Notes under the pieces: generated by a model | What the model saw: only the letters and a program-made list of their open reading frames with translations | Told to the model about the DNA's origin: nothing | The model's database searches: none | In this document: in pieces, positions 7,370-18,555 of the stretch | How the letters are laid out: each line of letters starts with the position of its first letter | Position numbering within the stretch: position 1 is the stretch's first letter | From: Pseudomonas aeruginosa | GTDB lineage: Bacteria > Pseudomonadota > Gammaproteobacteria > Pseudomonadales > Pseudomonadaceae | DNA length: 32,000 nucleotides | Direction of reading: 5' to 3' | Assembly: GCF_001457615.1 (NCBI RefSeq) | Contig: NZ_LN831024.1 | Coordinates: 3,240,001 to 3,272,000, forward strand | Position numbers and translations under genes: made by a program

Positions 7370-9214
7370 ATGCACAGAACTTCGCGACGCACCTTCGTCA
7401 AAGGCCTCGCCGCCACCGGTCTGCTCGGCGGACTGGGTCTCTGGCGCGCCCCGGCCTGGGCCCTGGCCGGGCCGGGCCAGCAGAACCTGCTCGCCGGCGA
7501 CAGTTTCGACCTGTTCATCGGCGAGACCCCGGTGAACCTCAGCGGCTCGCCGGCCACCGCCATGACCATCAACGGTTCGCTGCCCGGCCCGACCCTGCGC
7601 TGGCGCGAAGGCGACAACGTGACCCTGCGGGTGCGCAACCGCCTCGCCGAGGACACCTCGATCCACTGGCACGGCATCATCCTGCCGGCCAACATGGATG
7701 GCGTGCCGGGCCTCAGCTTCGAGGGCATCGCTCCCGGCGGTCTCTACGAATACCGCTTCAAGGTCCGGCAGAACGGCACCTACTGGTACCACAGCCACTC
7801 GGGGCTACAGGAGCAGGCCGGGGTCTACGGCGCCCTGGTGATCGACGCCCGCGAGCCGGAACCGTTCAGCTACGACCGCGACTACGTGGTGCTGCTCAGC
7901 GACTGGTCGGACGAGAAGCCGCAGCGCATCCTCGCCAAGCTGAAGAAGCAGTCCGACTACTACAACTTCCACAAGCGCACCGTCGGCGACTTCATCGACG
8001 ACGTCAGCGCCAACGGCTGGGCCGCGACCCTGGCCGACCGCAAGATGTGGGCCGAGATGAAGATGAGTCCCACCGATCTCGCCGACGTCAGCGGCTACAC
8101 CTATACCTACCTGCTCAACGGACAGCCGCCGGACGGCAACTGGACCGGCCTGTTCCGCCCCGGCGAAAAGCTCCGCCTACGCTTCGTCAACGCCTCGGCG
8201 ATGAGCTATTTCGACGTCCGCATTCCCGGCCTGAAGATGACCGTGGTGGCCGCCGACGGACAGCACGTCGAGCCGGTCAGCGTCGACGAGTTGCGCATCG
8301 CCGTGGCCGAGACCTACGACGTGATCGTCGAACCGGGCGGCGAGCGCGCCTATACCCTCTTCGCCCAGTCCATGGACCGCAGCGGCTACGCCCGCGGCAC
8401 CCTGGCGCTGGCCGAAGGGCTTAGCGCGCCGGTGCCGACGCCCGATCCGCGCCCGCTGATCGGCATGGACGACATGGGCATGGGCGGCATGGACCACGGC
8501 GCCATGGGGCATGGCGCGGCGACGAGGCCCGCCAGCGAGATGGACCATTCGAAGATGTCGGGCATGGACATGAATGGCATGGACCATTCGAAGATGGCCG
8601 GCATGGACATGAACGGCATGGACCACTCCAAGATGGCCGGCATGGACCACTCCAGGATGGGCATGGACACCATGCCGATGCAGTCCCATCCGGCTTCGGA
8701 GGACGGCAACCCGCTGGTCGACATGCAGACCATGACGCCGACACCGAAGCTCGCCGACCCCGGCCTCGGGCTGCGCGACAACGGGCGGCGGGTGCTGACC
8801 TACGCCGACCTGCGCAGCCGCTTCGCCGACCCGGACGGCCGCGAACCGGGGCGCACCATCGAGCTGCACCTGACCGGGCACATGGAGAAGTTCGCCTGGT
8901 CCTTCGACGGCATCAAGTTCTCCGACGCCGAGCCGCTACGCCTGACCTACGGCGAGCGCCTGCGGATCGTCCTGGTCAACGACACCATGATGACCCACCC
9001 GATCCACCTGCACGGCATGTGGAGCGACCTGGAGGACGAGCAAGGCAATTTCCTGGTGCGCAAGCACACCATCGACATGCCGCCGGGCACCCGCCGCAGC
9101 TACCGGGTCACCGCCGACGCCCTGGGACGCTGGGCCTATCACTGCCACCTGCTGTTCCACATGGAGATGGGCATGTTCCGCGAAGTGCGGGTAGACGAAG
9201 GAGACAACGCATGA
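7370..9214 (+). CDS. pcoA: Copper-resistance multicopper oxidase (CopA/PcoA), Tat-exported
   Basis: 614 aa. Twin-arginine signal [31 protein letters not shown]. Copper-ligand motifs HWHG, WYHSH, HPIHLHG and [12 protein letters not shown]. Met/His-rich insert ([13 protein letters not shown] repeats). Confidence 0.95.
   Translation: MHRTSRRTFVKGLAATGLLGGLGLWRAPAWALAGPGQQNLLAGDSFDLFIGETPVNLSGSPATAMTINGSLPGPTLRWREGDNVTLRVRNRLAEDTSIHWHGIILPANMDGVPGLSFEGIAPGGLYEYRFKVRQNGTYWYHSHSGLQEQAGVYGALVIDAREPEPFSYDRDYVVLLSDWSDEKPQRILAKLKKQSDYYNFHKRTVGDFIDDVSANGWAATLADRKMWAEMKMSPTDLADVSGYTYTYLLNGQPPDGNWTGLFRPGEKLRLRFVNASAMSYFDVRIPGLKMTVVAADGQHVEPVSVDELRIAVAETYDVIVEPGGERAYTLFAQSMDRSGYARGTLALAEGLSAPVPTPDPRPLIGMDDMGMGGMDHGAMGHGAATRPASEMDHSKMSGMDMNGMDHSKMAGMDMNGMDHSKMAGMDHSRMGMDTMPMQSHPASEDGNPLVDMQTMTPTPKLADPGLGLRDNGRRVLTYADLRSRFADPDGREPGRTIELHLTGHMEKFAWSFDGIKFSDAEPLRLTYGERLRIVLVNDTMMTHPIHLHGMWSDLEDEQGNFLVRKHTIDMPPGTRRSYRVTADALGRWAYHCHLLFHMEMGMFREVRVDEGDNA
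8540..8668 (+). repeat. In-frame 39-bp tandem repeat encoding the Met-rich Cu(I)-binding motif of PcoA
   Basis: Units at 8540-8578 and 8579-8617 (atggaccattcgaagatg..ggcatggacatgaa.ggc) differ at 3 positions. A third, diverged and partial unit lies at 8618-8668. They encode MDHSKM(S/A)GMDMNG twice, then [17 protein letters not shown]. Confidence 0.85.
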
Positions 9215-10266
9215 GCCGCCAGCCGAAACCCGCCCGCCTGGCCGGCGGTGCCCTCGCCCTGGGTCTGCTGCTGGGCCTGCCGAATCCCGTCGAGGCCGCG
9301 CAGGACAATGGCATGGACCACTCGGCCATGGACCACGGCGCGATGCCTGGCATGGACCACGGCCAGAGGACCTCCGCCCCGGCGAAACCCATGGACCACC
9401 AGGGGATGGGGCATGGCCGGATGCCGGGGATGGACCACGGCACCGCATCGCCCGCCCCGGCACAGCCCATGGAGCACCAGGGAATGGACCATGGCCGGAT
9501 GCCGGGGATGAGCCGCGCTGCGCGGCAACCTCCGGCGCAGGCCGCGCCCAGCCAGAGCCGTACGCCGATCCCGGTGCCGACCGAGGCCGACCGCCGTGCC
9601 GCCTTTCCGCCGCTGGAGGGGCACAAGGTGCACGACAGCGCGCTGAACAGCTTCTTCCTGCTCGACCAGTTGGAATACCAGGACGCCGACGACGGCAGCG
9701 CGCTGGCCTGGGACGCCAGCGGCTGGATCGGCGGCGACATCAACCGCCTGTGGCTGCGCAGCGAAGGCGAACGGCTCGACGGCAAGACCGAGGACGCCGA
9801 GGTCCAGGCGCTGTTCGGGCACGCCATCGGTCCCTGGTGGGACCTGGTCGCCGGCGTGCGCCAGGATTTCAAGCCCGGCTCGCCGCAGACCTGGGCGGCG
9901 TTCGGCGTGCAGGGCCTGGCGCTCTACGACTTCGAGGCGGAAGTCACCGCCTTCCTCGGCGAGAACGGCCAGAGCGCGCTGCGCCTGGAGGGCGAGTACG
10001 ACATCCTGTTGACCAACCGGCTGATCCTCCAGCCCAGCGCCGAGGTCAACCTGTACGGCAGGAACGATCCCGCCCGCGGCATCGGTTCGGGCCTTGCCGA
10101 TAGCGAGCTGGGCCTGCGCCTGCGCTATGAGATCCGTCGCGAGTTCGCGCCCTACATCGGGGTGACCTGGAACCGCTCCTACGGCAACAGCGCCGACCTG
10201 GCCCGCGCCGAGGGCGAGGACGACGACGAGGCGCGCTTCGTCGCCGGTATCCGCATGTGGTTCTGA
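9211..10266 (+). CDS. pcoB: Copper-resistance outer-membrane protein (CopB/PcoB)
   Basis: 351 aa from ATG 9211. ATGA overlap with the pcoA stop (9211-9214). Signal peptide [21 protein letters not shown]. Met/His-rich N-terminal region ([17 protein letters not shown]). C-terminal beta-barrel ending in [10 protein letters not shown]. Confidence 0.9.
   Translation: MSRQPKPARLAGGALALGLLLGLPNPVEAAQDNGMDHSAMDHGAMPGMDHGQRTSAPAKPMDHQGMGHGRMPGMDHGTASPAPAQPMEHQGMDHGRMPGMSRAARQPPAQAAPSQSRTPIPVPTEADRRAAFPPLEGHKVHDSALNSFFLLDQLEYQDADDGSALAWDASGWIGGDINRLWLRSEGERLDGKTEDAEVQALFGHAIGPWWDLVAGVRQDFKPGSPQTWAAFGVQGLALYDFEAEVTAFLGENGQSALRLEGEYDILLTNRLILQPSAEVNLYGRNDPARGIGSGLADSELGLRLRYEIRREFAPYIGVTWNRSYGNSADLARAEGEDDDEARFVAGIRMWF
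9388..9510 (+). repeat. Two 45-bp near-identical coding segments 78 bp apart in the PcoB Met/His-rich region
   Basis: 9388-9432 and 9466-9510 match at 41 of 45 positions by my alignment. They encode [15 protein letters not shown] and [15 protein letters not shown]. Confidence 0.75.
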
Positions 10267-10285
10267 ACGCGATCGCGGCCAGCCG

Positions 10286-11509
10286 CTAGCGGTAGCCGTC
10301 GAGCAACGGCGAATCGTCGATGAGGTCGCAGCGTTCCAGCGCTGGCAGGTTGCACGGCCGGTAGTCGGGGCATTCGTCCAGCCGCCGCTGCACCGAACGG
10401 TGCAGCTTGACCCGGGTTTCCTGCCCGACCGGTTCCAGCGGCCGCGAGCGCGGCCGGCCACGCGACCAGCGCCAGGCGCGGTTGCCGCTGCGGCGGTCCC
10501 AGACCAGCAGCGGCAGCCACTCGGCCAGGCGCCAGGGCCGGGTCATCACCGGCAGGATCGGCGCGGTCGGGTCCGGGCCCTGCTTCGAACGTGCGCGCAA
10601 CTGGTCGCGGCTGCGCGCCGGGTCGACATGCAGGCCGGCCTCCAGCGCCTCGCCGAGCATCCAGGTAAAGGCCACCAGAGCCAGCCGCGAGTCCTTCGGC
10701 GCATAGCCACCGCCGACATCGGAGTGCATGCCGGGGAACCACACCTGCAACACGTCGGACTTGCGGTCCTTCTCGCCGAACCAGAGGTTCTGCCGGAAGA
10801 AGCAGCGGCATTCGTCGATGGCCAGGGCCTGGCGGACCACGTCGACCATTTCGTTGTTCGAGGAATACGGCACGGTCAGCGGGTCGTAGACCCAGCCCAC
10901 CGAGGTCACGGTGTCGAACAGGCCGAGGAAGTGCACCTTCACCTGCCGGCCGAAGACCTTGCGGAAGCGTCCCAGCAGGCCGAAGTCCGGTCCGCGGCGA
11001 CGCGTGCCGGCCCGCTTGTCTTCGTCGCGGGGCGGCATGCGGGTGGTGAGCAGGGTCCAGGCGTAGTCGAAGAGGTGCGGCTGGTGCGCATCGATCAGGC
11101 CCACCGCGCGCAGCATCGCGGCCAGCACCCGCACCGCGTAGGCCCCGCGGGAAAAGCCGAAGAGGAATATCTGGTCGCCGGGCCGGTAGTGCTCGGCAAG
11201 GAAGCGATAGGCGCCCTCGACGTTGCGCTTGAGCCCCCAGCCGAAGGCCAGGCCGGCGATCCGCGAGGGAAACTTCTGCCACTCGAACAGGGTTTCCTTC
11301 AGGCCGAAGGTGCCGACGCCCTGGTCGTAGTAGGCCAGCACCCTGCGCGGATCGCGCGACAGCGAGCGGTACAGGCGCACCACGTTGGTCGGCTGGTCGC
11401 CGAAGCGGTTCGAGGTTCCGTCGATGCAGACCACCAACTGGCGCGGCGCGTCGTTGTCCTGGGCGCTGCCGGCAGGCGGCAAGGCGGAATCGGGGGAGAG
11501 ATCGTCCAT
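10286..11509 (-). CDS. DUF2235 alpha/beta hydrolase (T6SS Tle1-like phospholipase fold), orphan
   Basis: 407 aa from ATG 11509; the ORF-track start at 11620 is a TTG extension. DUF2235 hallmarks: VVCIDGTSNRFG, YYDQGVGT, nucleophile elbow LFGFSRGAYAVR (GxSxG) and WFPGMHSDVGGGY. No signal peptide. Confidence 0.8.
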   Translation of the reverse strand: MDDLSPDSALPPAGSAQDNDAPRQLVVCIDGTSNRFGDQPTNVVRLYRSLSRDPRRVLAYYDQGVGTFGLKETLFEWQKFPSRIAGLAFGWGLKRNVEGAYRFLAEHYRPGDQIFLFGFSRGAYAVRVLAAMLRAVGLIDAHQPHLFDYAWTLLTTRMPPRDEDKRAGTRRRGPDFGLLGRFRKVFGRQVKVHFLGLFDTVTSVGWVYDPLTVPYSSNNEMVDVVRQALAIDECRCFFRQNLWFGEKDRKSDVLQVWFPGMHSDVGGGYAPKDSRLALVAFTWMLGEALEAGLHVDPARSRDQLRARSKQGPDPTAPILPVMTRPWRLAEWLPLLVWDRRSGNRAWRWSRGRPRSRPLEPVGQETRVKLHRSVQRRLDECPDYRPCNLPALERCDLIDDSPLLDGYR

Positions 11510-11618
11510 TGGGCTCACGCAGGCAAAGCCTGACTTCCGTCGGCGGTGGATGGGAATGGCGACGCATGATACCCAACCTGGATGATCCGCCAAGCGCACA
11601 TTGCCGGGAAATGGCGGC

Positions 11619-11648
11619 AAAGACGAAAAGCCCCTGGAGCCGCAGGGC
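11619..11648 (-). terminator. Candidate intrinsic terminator after the IscS-like gene
   Basis: Minus-strand sequence GCCCTGCGGCTCCAGGGGCTTTTCGTCTTT. This is a GC-rich stem (GCCCTG/CAGGGGC, one bulge) with a 6-nt loop, followed by a U-rich tract, about 65 nt after the stop at 11712. Confidence 0.4.
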
Positions 11649-11673
11649 GAATAACCGCTTCGCGGTTATCCGC
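11645..11673. repeat. REP-like palindromic element (single copy)
   Basis: GGGCGAATAACCGCTTCGCGGTTATCCGC forms a 12-bp imperfect hairpin. It belongs to the same family as the elements at 21632-21664 and 21706-21737. Confidence 0.6.
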
Positions 11674-11711
11674 AGCCCCTGGCTTCGGCGAGGGCGGGTC
11701 GAGCCGGCCGC

Positions 11712-12893
11712 TCAGCCTGCCCTGGATACCCCGAGGAACGGCTGCCACGCCGGCGCGCCACTATCCGCCGCGGCCTTGAGGGCGGCCACCGCCGCGTCGA
11801 CGTCGGCCTCGCGGGTGTAGCGACCGAGGCTCAGGCGCACGCTGCGGCCAGCGCTGGCGGCATCGTGGCCGAGGGCGAGAAGCACGTGGGACGGCGCCGG
11901 CCGCGCCGAGTTGCAGGCCGAGGTGCTGGACACCGCCAGGCTGGACTCCAGTGCCTGGGGGACAAAGGCCGGGTTGTCGAAGGTCAGGTTCAGGGTATGC
12001 GCGATGCGTGCGTCGGCGCTGCCGTTCAGGCGCCAGCCGTCGATCTGCGCCAGCCCCTCCAGCAGACGCCGCTGGAGTCCGGCGATGCGCCTGCCCTCCT
12101 CCTCGAAAAGCTCGCCGGCGAGGGCGAAGGCCTCGCCCATACCGACGATCTGGTGGGTCGCCAGGGTCCCGGAACGCAGGCCCTGCTCGTGTCCGCCGCC
12201 GTGGATCTGCGCCTTCAGCCGCCGCTCGGCGCGCGGCCCGACGTACAACGCGCCGATGCCCTTGGGCCCGTAGGTCTTGTGTGCGGAGAACGACATCAGG
12301 TCCACCGCCAGGCGGCCCAGGTCGATCGCCACCTTGCCGCTGGCCTGCGCCGCGTCGACGTGGAACAGCGCGCCGCGCTCGCGCACCCGTTCGCCGATGG
12401 CGGCGATGTCGGTCAGGGTGCCGAGTTCGTTGTTGACCCGCATCAGCGACACCAGGCGGGTATCGGCGCGCCAGGCCGCCTCCACCTGTTCCGGCCGGAT
12501 CAGGCCATCGGTGCCGGGCGCCAGCCAGGTCACGCTCCAGCCGTCATCGGCGAGTTGCTGCACGGTGTCCAGCACCGCCTTGTGCTCCAGGCGACTGGTG
12601 ATCAGGTGGCCGGGTGCGTCCAGCGCCTGGGCCACGCCCTTGAGGGCCAGGTTGTTGGATTCGGTGGCGCCGGAAGTCCAGACGATCTGCCCGGCGCTGG
12701 CGCCGACCAGCGCGGCCACCTGCTCCCTGGCCCGCTCCACTGCCCGCCGCGCCTGGCGGCCGTAGGCATGGGAATTCGACGCGGGATTGCCAAAACACGC
12801 CTGGTAGCCGAGACACTCCACCATGGCCCGGATCACGCGCTCGTCCACGGGCGTGGTGGCGGCGTAATCGAAGTACAACGGTAACGAACTCAT
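11712..12893 (-). CDS. IscS/NifS-like class-V PLP enzyme (cysteine desulfurase family)
   Basis: 393 aa with ATG at 12893 and RBS GGGGGA upstream. IscS-like N-terminus [20 protein letters not shown]-lysine motif [18 protein letters not shown]. Catalytic-cysteine loop [22 protein letters not shown], compared with IscS SSGSACTS. Confidence 0.9.
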   Translation of the reverse strand: MSSLPLYFDYAATTPVDERVIRAMVECLGYQACFGNPASNSHAYGRQARRAVERAREQVAALVGASAGQIVWTSGATESNNLALKGVAQALDAPGHLITSRLEHKAVLDTVQQLADDGWSVTWLAPGTDGLIRPEQVEAAWRADTRLVSLMRVNNELGTLTDIAAIGERVRERGALFHVDAAQASGKVAIDLGRLAVDLMSFSAHKTYGPKGIGALYVGPRAERRLKAQIHGGGHEQGLRSGTLATHQIVGMGEAFALAGELFEEEGRRIAGLQRRLLEGLAQIDGWRLNGSADARIAHTLNLTFDNPAFVPQALESSLAVSSTSACNSARPAPSHVLLALGHDAASAGRSVRLSLGRYTREADVDAAVAALKAAADSGAPAWQPFLGVSRAG

Positions 12894-13038
12894 CGCATTC
12901 CCCCAATCGATCGGACGGACCCGGAAGCCGACATGGCTCCTTGTCCCTGACGGGCCCGCAGGCCGATCTTAAGAAAAGCGCCGGGGCGTCTGGAAAGAAC
13001 CTTTCGGAACATCCTTAGAGTCAGCATGGTTTCCCGCC

Positions 13039-14649
<1,611 letters not shown>

Positions 14650-14650
14650 C

Positions 14651-15667
14651 TCATGTCCTCGGATCGAAGGCGTCGCGCACCGCTTCGCCGATGAACACCA
14701 GCAAGCTGAGCAAGGTCGCCAGGACCACGAACACGGTCAGCCCGAGCCAGGGCGCCTGGAGGTTGTCACGGCCCTGCCCGACCAGTTCGCCAAGGCTCGG
14801 CGAGCCGGGCGGCAGGCCGAAACCGAGGAAGTCCAGGGCGGTCAGGGTGGTCACCGCGCCACAGAGCAGGAACGGCAGGAAGGTCAGGGTCGCGACCATG
14901 GCGTTGGGCAGGATGTGCCGGAACATCACCCCGGCGTCGCCGAGGCCGAGGGTCCGCGCCGCCTTGACGTACTCCAGGTGACGACCGCGCAGGAACTCGG
15001 CGCGAACCACGTCGACCAGGCTGGTCCAGGAGAACAGCAGCATGATCGCCAGCAGCCAGCCGACCCCGGGCTGCACCAGGCTGGCGAGGATGATCAGCAG
15101 GTAAAGCATCGGCAGACCCGACCAGACCTCGATGAAGCGCTGGCCGAACAGGTCGATCCAGCCGCCGTAGTAGCCCTGCACCGCGCCTGCGCAGATTCCC
15201 AGCAACGACGAGGCCAGGGTCAGGCCGAGGGCGAAGAGAATCGACAGGCGCAGGCCGTAGATCACCCGCGCGAGCACATCGCGGCCCTGGTCGTCGGTAC
15301 CCAGCCAGTTCTCCGCCGAGGGCGGCGCCGGCGCCGGGCGCGCGTAGTTGATGCTGCGGGCGTCGAAGCGGATCGGCGGCCACAGCGCCCAGCCGTCGCG
15401 GGCGATGCGTTCGCTCATGAAGCGGCCGCGGTAGTCCGGCGGGAACGGCAGCTCGCCGCCGAAGGCGGTTTCCGGATAGTCCCGCAGCACCGGCAGGAAC
15501 CACTGGCCACGGTATTCCAGCAGCAGCGGGCGGTCGTTGGCGATCAGCTCGGCGAACAGGCAGGTGACGAACAGCGCGAGGAACAGCAGCAGGGCCAGGC
15601 GCCCGCGGCGGTTGGCGCGGAACGCGGCGAGGCGGCGGCGGTGCAGCGGGGAAAGGACGATGGCCAT
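14651..15667 (-). CDS. sppC: ABC transporter permease (YejE-like, peptide/opine family)
   Basis: 338 aa, polytopic. Contains an EAA-type loop (VKAARTLGLGDAGVMFRHILPNA). There is a 1-nt gap to each neighbouring gene. Confidence 0.9.
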   Translation of the reverse strand: MAIVLSPLHRRRLAAFRANRRGRLALLLFLALFVTCLFAELIANDRPLLLEYRGQWFLPVLRDYPETAFGGELPFPPDYRGRFMSERIARDGWALWPPIRFDARSINYARPAPAPPSAENWLGTDDQGRDVLARVIYGLRLSILFALGLTLASSLLGICAGAVQGYYGGWIDLFGQRFIEVWSGLPMLYLLIILASLVQPGVGWLLAIMLLFSWTSLVDVVRAEFLRGRHLEYVKAARTLGLGDAGVMFRHILPNAMVATLTFLPFLLCGAVTTLTALDFLGFGLPPGSPSLGELVGQGRDNLQAPWLGLTVFVVLATLLSLLVFIGEAVRDAFDPRT

Positions 15668-15668
15668 C

Positions 15669-16742
15669 TCACTGTCTCCTCGCGGCGAAGTCGATGCGCG
15701 GGTCGACCAGGCTGTAGGCCAGGTCGCCGGCCAGCTTCACCAGCAACCCGAGCAGGGTGAAGATGAACAGGCTGCCGAACACCACCGGGTAGTCGCGGCC
15801 GAGCGCCGCTTCGTAGCCCATCAGGCCGAGGCCGTCGAGGGAGAACAGCACCTCGATCAGCAGCGACCCGGTGAAGAACACCGAGACCAGCGCCGCCGGC
15901 AGCCCGGCCACCACCAGCAACATGGCGTTGCGGAACACATGGCCGTAGAGCACCCGGCGCTCGCTGAGCCCTTTGGCGCGAGCGGTGGCGACGTACTGCC
16001 TGGATATCTCGTCGAGGAAGCTGTTCTTGGTCAGCAGGGTCAGGCTGGCGAAACCGCCGACCACCAGCGAACCCACCGGCAGCGCCAGGTGCCAGAGGTA
16101 ATCGGCGAAGCGCGCCAGCGGGCCGAGGCGCTCGGCGCCCTCGGAAGCCAGGCCGCGCAGGGGGAACCAGTCCAGGTAGCTGCCGCCGGCGAACAGCACG
16201 ATCAGGACGATGGCGAAGAGGAAGCCGGGCACCGCATAGCCGACCACCACCAGCGCGCTGCTCCACAGGTCGAAGGCGCTGCCGTGGCGCACCGCCTTGG
16301 CCACCCCCAGGGGAATCGACACCAGGTAGGTGATCAGTGTCGCCCACAAGCCCAGGGACAGCGAGACCGGCAGCTTCTCGGCGATCAGGTCGATGACCCG
16401 CGCGTCGCGGTAGAAGCTCTCGCCGAAATCCAGCCGGGCGTAGCTCGACAGCATCAGCCAGAGCCGTTGCAGCGGCGGCTTGTCGAAGCCGTACTGGCGC
16501 TCCAGGGCGGCCACCAGCTGCGGATCGATGCCGGTCTCGCCGTGGCGCTGCGGTTCCAGAGCGCCATGCCCACCCTCCCCGCCACGCCCCAGCGGGCCGC
16601 CGCCGTCGACGCCCTGCAGGCGCGCGATGGCCTGATCCACCGGCCCGCCGGGTGCGGCCTGGACGATGGCGAAGTTGATCAGCAGGATGCCCAGCAGGGT
16701 CGGCAGGATCAGCGCCAGGCGGCGCAACAGGTAGCCGCCCAT
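15669..16742 (-). CDS. sppB: ABC transporter permease (YejB-like)
   Basis: 357 aa. N-terminus [28 protein letters not shown] is typical of the DppB/OppB/YejB family. EAA loop [22 protein letters not shown]. Confidence 0.9.
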   Translation of the reverse strand: MGGYLLRRLALILPTLLGILLINFAIVQAAPGGPVDQAIARLQGVDGGGPLGRGGEGGHGALEPQRHGETGIDPQLVAALERQYGFDKPPLQRLWLMLSSYARLDFGESFYRDARVIDLIAEKLPVSLSLGLWATLITYLVSIPLGVAKAVRHGSAFDLWSSALVVVGYAVPGFLFAIVLIVLFAGGSYLDWFPLRGLASEGAERLGPLARFADYLWHLALPVGSLVVGGFASLTLLTKNSFLDEISRQYVATARAKGLSERRVLYGHVFRNAMLLVVAGLPAALVSVFFTGSLLIEVLFSLDGLGLMGYEAALGRDYPVVFGSLFIFTLLGLLVKLAGDLAYSLVDPRIDFAARRQ

Positions 16743-16743
16743 G

Positions 16744-18552
16744 TCACTGCGCCTCCCGGATCGGCGCGGCCCGCTCGCGGACTTCCCACCAGGTGTTCAG
16801 CCCCAGGCTGTAGCGCGGCGCCTGCGGCGGTCGGCCGAAGCGATTCCAGCTGGCGATCCAGACCTCGTCGGAATACCAGGTCGGGATCAGGTAGTAGCCC
16901 CATTGCAGCACCCGGTCGAGGGCGCGCACGGCGGTTTCCAGGGCGGCCCGCGAGTCGGCCTCGACCACCGCCTGGACCAGCCGGTCGATGGCCGGGTCCT
17001 TCAGGCCGATGCGGTTGTAGCCGCCGGGATCGGCGTAGCTGGAGGAATGCCAGAAGCTGTACTGCTCGTTGCCCGGCGAATTGGACTGGGAGAAGCTCGA
17101 AACGATCATGTCGTAGTCCCGCGCACGTATGCGCTCGATGTATTGCGAAGCGTCCACCTGGCGCAGGCGCATATCGATGCCGATCCGCGCCAGGTTGCGC
17201 TGGAACGGCAGCAGCGCGCGCTCCAGGCCCTTGCCCTGGAGCAGGAGGTCGAAGCGCAGCGGCCGTCCGGCGGTGTCCAGCAGGCGCCCGTCGACGGCAT
17301 GCCAGCCGGCCTCGCCGAGCAGGCGGTAGGCCTGCACCAGGCGCTCGTGGATATCGCCGCTGCCGTCGTTCACCGGCGGAGCGTAGGCCTGGCCGAAGAC
17401 CTCCTCGGGGATTTGCCCGCGCAGCGGCTCCAGCAAGGCCAGTTCGTCGGCGCCGGGCAGGCCGCGGGCGGCCATCTCCGAGTTGTCGAAATAGCTGCGC
17501 AGGCGCTTGTAGCGACCGCCGAAGAGCTGTCGGTTGGTCCATTCGAAGTCGAACAACAGGCTCAGCGCCTGGCGTACCCGGCGGTCCTCGAACAGCGGCC
17601 GGCGCAGGTTGAACACCAGGCCCTGGAGGCTGGCCGGGTACGGGTAGGGAAAGCTCTCCTGGCGCAACCGGCCATCGCGCAGGGCCGGCGAGTCGTAGCC
17701 GCTGCTCCAGGCCTTGACGCTGGTCTCGACATTGATGTCGGCCTGCCCGGCCTTGAACGCCTGCAAGGCCACGCCGCTGTCGCGGTAGTAGTCGAAACGG
17801 ATCCGCTCGAAGTTGTACAGGCCACGCCCGACCGGCAGGTCGCGAGCCCACCAGTCGGGGTTGCGCCGGTAGCTCACCGAACGCCCCGCCTCGGCCTTCT
17901 CCAGCCGGTAAGGTCCGCTGCCCAGCGGCGGCTGCATGCTGCTGCGGTTGAAGTCGCGTCCCTGCCACCAATGCCTGGGCAGCACGTAGAGCTGGGCCAG
18001 CACCAGCGGCAGTTCGCGGTTGCCGGCATGACGGAAATCGAAGCGGATGCGCAGGCGATCCTCCACCACCGGCTCGCGGACCTCCTTGTAGTAGGCGCGC
18101 CAGAACGGGCTGCCCTGCTCGACCAGGCTATCGAAGGAAAACTTCACGTCCTCGGCGGTGACCGCCACGCCGTCGCTGAAGCGCGCCCGCGGATCGATAT
18201 GGAAACGCACCCAGCTGTTGTCCGGGGCTTTCTCGATGTAGCGCGCCAGGTAGCCGTATTCGGTGAACGGCTCGTCCAGTGACTGGAAGCCGAGGGTTTC
18301 GTAGATCAGCGCGGCCTGGGTCATGCTGATCGGCGTGCCGCGGTTGGCGAAGGGGTTCAGCGTGTCGAAGCTGCCGCTTTCCATCCGCCGCAGGCTGCCG
18401 CCCTTGGGCGCCTGCGGGTCGACGAAGTCGAAGTGCTGGAAACCCGGCGGATATTTCGCCGGCTCGTCGTAGAGCGTGATGGCATGGCGCGGCTCGCTGC
18501 GGGCCAGGCTGGCGAGCAGGCAGCAAGCGAAGACCAGGATGCGTCCGGGCAT
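16744..18552 (-). CDS. sppA: Periplasmic substrate-binding protein, family 5 (YejA-like)
   Basis: 602 aa. Signal peptide [19 protein letters not shown]. Size and sequence are typical of YejA-type SBPs. The start lies 3 nt after the sppR stop. Confidence 0.9.
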   Translation of the reverse strand: MPGRILVFACCLLASLARSEPRHAITLYDEPAKYPPGFQHFDFVDPQAPKGGSLRRMESGSFDTLNPFANRGTPISMTQAALIYETLGFQSLDEPFTEYGYLARYIEKAPDNSWVRFHIDPRARFSDGVAVTAEDVKFSFDSLVEQGSPFWRAYYKEVREPVVEDRLRIRFDFRHAGNRELPLVLAQLYVLPRHWWQGRDFNRSSMQPPLGSGPYRLEKAEAGRSVSYRRNPDWWARDLPVGRGLYNFERIRFDYYRDSGVALQAFKAGQADINVETSVKAWSSGYDSPALRDGRLRQESFPYPYPASLQGLVFNLRRPLFEDRRVRQALSLLFDFEWTNRQLFGGRYKRLRSYFDNSEMAARGLPGADELALLEPLRGQIPEEVFGQAYAPPVNDGSGDIHERLVQAYRLLGEAGWHAVDGRLLDTAGRPLRFDLLLQGKGLERALLPFQRNLARIGIDMRLRQVDASQYIERIRARDYDMIVSSFSQSNSPGNEQYSFWHSSSYADPGGYNRIGLKDPAIDRLVQAVVEADSRAALETAVRALDRVLQWGYYLIPTWYSDEVWIASWNRFGRPPQAPRYSLGLNTWWEVRERAAPIREAQ

Positions 18553-18555
18553 GGC

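Noticed and set aside
8460-8700. Short tandem repeats that might be mistaken for a CRISPR-like or minisatellite array.
   Set aside because: They are in frame within pcoA and encode the known Met-rich copper-binding motif. There are no spacers and no cas genes.
10286-11620. N-terminal extensions offered by the ORF track, including DUF2235 from 11620, HAD from 5861, cynR from 25110, cynT from 25126, ABM from 30666, ECF sigma from 28050, FecR from 27397, LysR from 22768 and MFS from 22708.
   Set aside because: Those I checked begin at TTG or GTG codons without ribosome-binding sites. They add residues that do not belong to the conserved family N-termini. Internal ATG or GTG starts with RBS or ATGA coupling fit better.
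12894-13038. Small ORF or terminator in the 145-bp spacer between sppD and the IscS-like gene. A GAAAGAACCTTTC palindrome and GCGCTTTTCTT on the minus strand were noted.
   Set aside because: The putative stem before the T-tract is only 4 bp with a 2-nt loop. The ORF through the region is the tail of an out-of-frame (alternative-frame) artefact. I regard it only as a likely internal promoter or spacer.
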